Assembly: GCA_043228905.1 (NCBI GenBank)
Contig: JBHGNT010000008.1
Location: 2,046,001 to 2,110,000, forward strand
DNA: 64,000 nt
Direction: 5' to 3'
Source: Azolla caroliniana
Lineage: Eukaryota > Plantae > Polypodiophyta
Position 1 is the stretch's first letter. The number at the start of each line of letters is the position of its first letter. Shown piece after piece: positions 62,401 through 64,000 of this stretch. The position numbers were made by a program, and so were the translations under genes. The notes beneath the pieces were generated by a model that had not been told where the DNA came from, did no database searches, and worked only from the letters and a program-made list of their open reading frames with translations.

Positions 62401-64000
62401 GTTCCGCTCTTTCGGGAATGGGTGTCGGTGTTGCTTGCCGAATTGGCACGCTTCGCATACACCTTCAATCTCCTTCTCTTTGAATGTCGGGAGTCCGATG
62501 ACGACTCCTTTCGATTTCATTGCTTTGAGTTTGTTGAGATTGATGTGGCCGATTCGCTTGTGCCATAGCTCTATGTCGGAGTCAGCTTTCGTGTTTTTCG
62601 CGAACATGGCGGATTTCATCTCGCGTGAATCGAGAATGAACATCCGTCCCTCTCTTCTTCCACGTGCGATGAGTCGGCCCTCTTTTTCGATGAAGCAACT
62701 GCCTTGATTAAATCTAACTTGCATCCCTTGCTCTACAATTTGGCTGACGGAGACCAATTTCTTCGTAATGGTCGGTACATGCAAGACATTTTTAATGTAA
62801 TTTTGTTTACCTTCTTTTCTGAACAGAACATTGCCAATGTGACGAATCGGGTGCGTAGTGTCGTCTCCAGTTTCGACATAGCCGGGTCAGTCCGGCTCTC
62901 AAAGTTCTCGGAACCATTCTTGATGCGATGTCATATGGTTTGAGGCACCGGAATTGACGAACCATACGTCTTCCGGACCGGAGGCACTAGTTAAGGTAGT
63001 GGTCGACATAGAGTTTGCTCTATGTTTCATCATGAACATTGCGCCACGGTCGGAGTTGTGCGCATACATTCTGCCACGATCTTCGTACATTTCGCCACGG
63101 TCGGAGTTGTGTGCATACATTCCGCCACAATCTTCGTAGTTGGAGTTGTGTGCATAATTCATGAGTTGTCGGCTTGTGGAAGCCGATTCACGCATCTTCT
63201 TTCGGCACTATTCTTCGTGGTGGCCGAGCTTTCCGCAATATCCGCATTCGGTTGCGTTTTGACGGCTCGGGCCGGAGTGGAAGCTCCCCCTTCTTGCAAA
63301 GGTTCCTCGTTGGCCTCCATTTTGCGGCCGAAATTGGGAGTTGTTGTCGTAGGTCGGACCTCGTCCGCCTTGTCCTTGGCCGAATCGGCCTCTCGCTCGT
63401 CCGCGTCCTCTTCCTCCATTAGAGTGCGTGTAGAGCATGTGGCCTTCCGACTCATTGCTCCTTGTACGCACGTGGTTTTCTTCGACCAATAGCATTGATT
63501 GGAGCTCGAAGAAGGAGGGAGATTTCTCCCGTGCTAGAACGGCGGTTCGCATCGAGCCGAAACGTGGTGCGAGGCCGCCGAGGCATATTTGCACCATCTC
63601 ATCATCATCTATACTTACGCTTATTGAGCCGAGTGAATCGCAAAGCTCCTTGATCTTCAAGGTGTATGTCGTGACAGACATGTCCCTTTGTTGAATGTTG
63701 TTCAACTCTTGCGGGAGTTGAAGCTTCCTCGCAGTCGTGTTGGCGGCGAAAATCTTTCGTAGATTTTCTCACGCTTCCTTCGGTGTCTTGGCTTCTCGAA
63801 TGTAACCAAACATGTGGTCGTGAACACATGTTGCCAAACAATACATCACGCGGCTTGCGGATTGCTCCCATGTTGCGTATCCGGGAGCCGCTTCGGTGGG
63901 TCGGTCTTCATGCGCTCCTTTGATGTAGCTCCAATAGCCTTGTCTGACAAGGTATTGGTGCATCTTGTACTCCCAAGATGCGAAGTTTTTTCGATCCAAC
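59062..64000 (-). mobile_element. Decayed Ty1/Copia related to the 37872-56050 element; 5' end lies outside the window
   Basis: 3' LTR at 59062-59446, PPT at 59447-59460. Frameshifted pieces: gag (63999-63208), protease WFVNSGASNH, integrase (62784-61711), RT (61577-60363) and RNase H (to 59710). Confidence 0.93.

Overview
This is eukaryotic (land-plant) nuclear DNA, probably from a non-seed plant such as a fern. That assignment is inferred from the retroelement types and was not tested. Only two host genes are supported: a two-exon Hyccin/FAM126-family gene (minus strand, 3302-5902) and an intronless ATL-type RING-H2 E3 ligase (35653-36828). Most of the rest is stacked retroelements: a decayed non-L1 LINE; a decayed L1-like LINE carrying a Copia solo LTR with a perfect 5-bp TSD; a decayed non-chromovirus Ty3/Gypsy hit by a young, intact Copia; a cluster of LTR-like fragments sharing a TGTCGTGAAGATTTT terminus; a decayed Copia (37872-56050) hosting two young chromoviruses; and a related decayed Copia running off the right end. 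The best mechanistic signals are in the intact Tcn1/Tf1-sushi-like chromovirus (49729-55498). It has a tRNA-independent self-priming PBS and a G_UUA_AAC slippery site with a 6-nt spacer and a pseudoknot for -1 gag-pol frameshifting. Other unexplained structures are a conserved hairpin enclosing the PPT/LTR junction of two Copias, interlocked inverted repeats upstream of the ATL gene, and a young Copia with no target-site duplication. I see no evidence for a wholly new system. All alignments and counts were made by eye.
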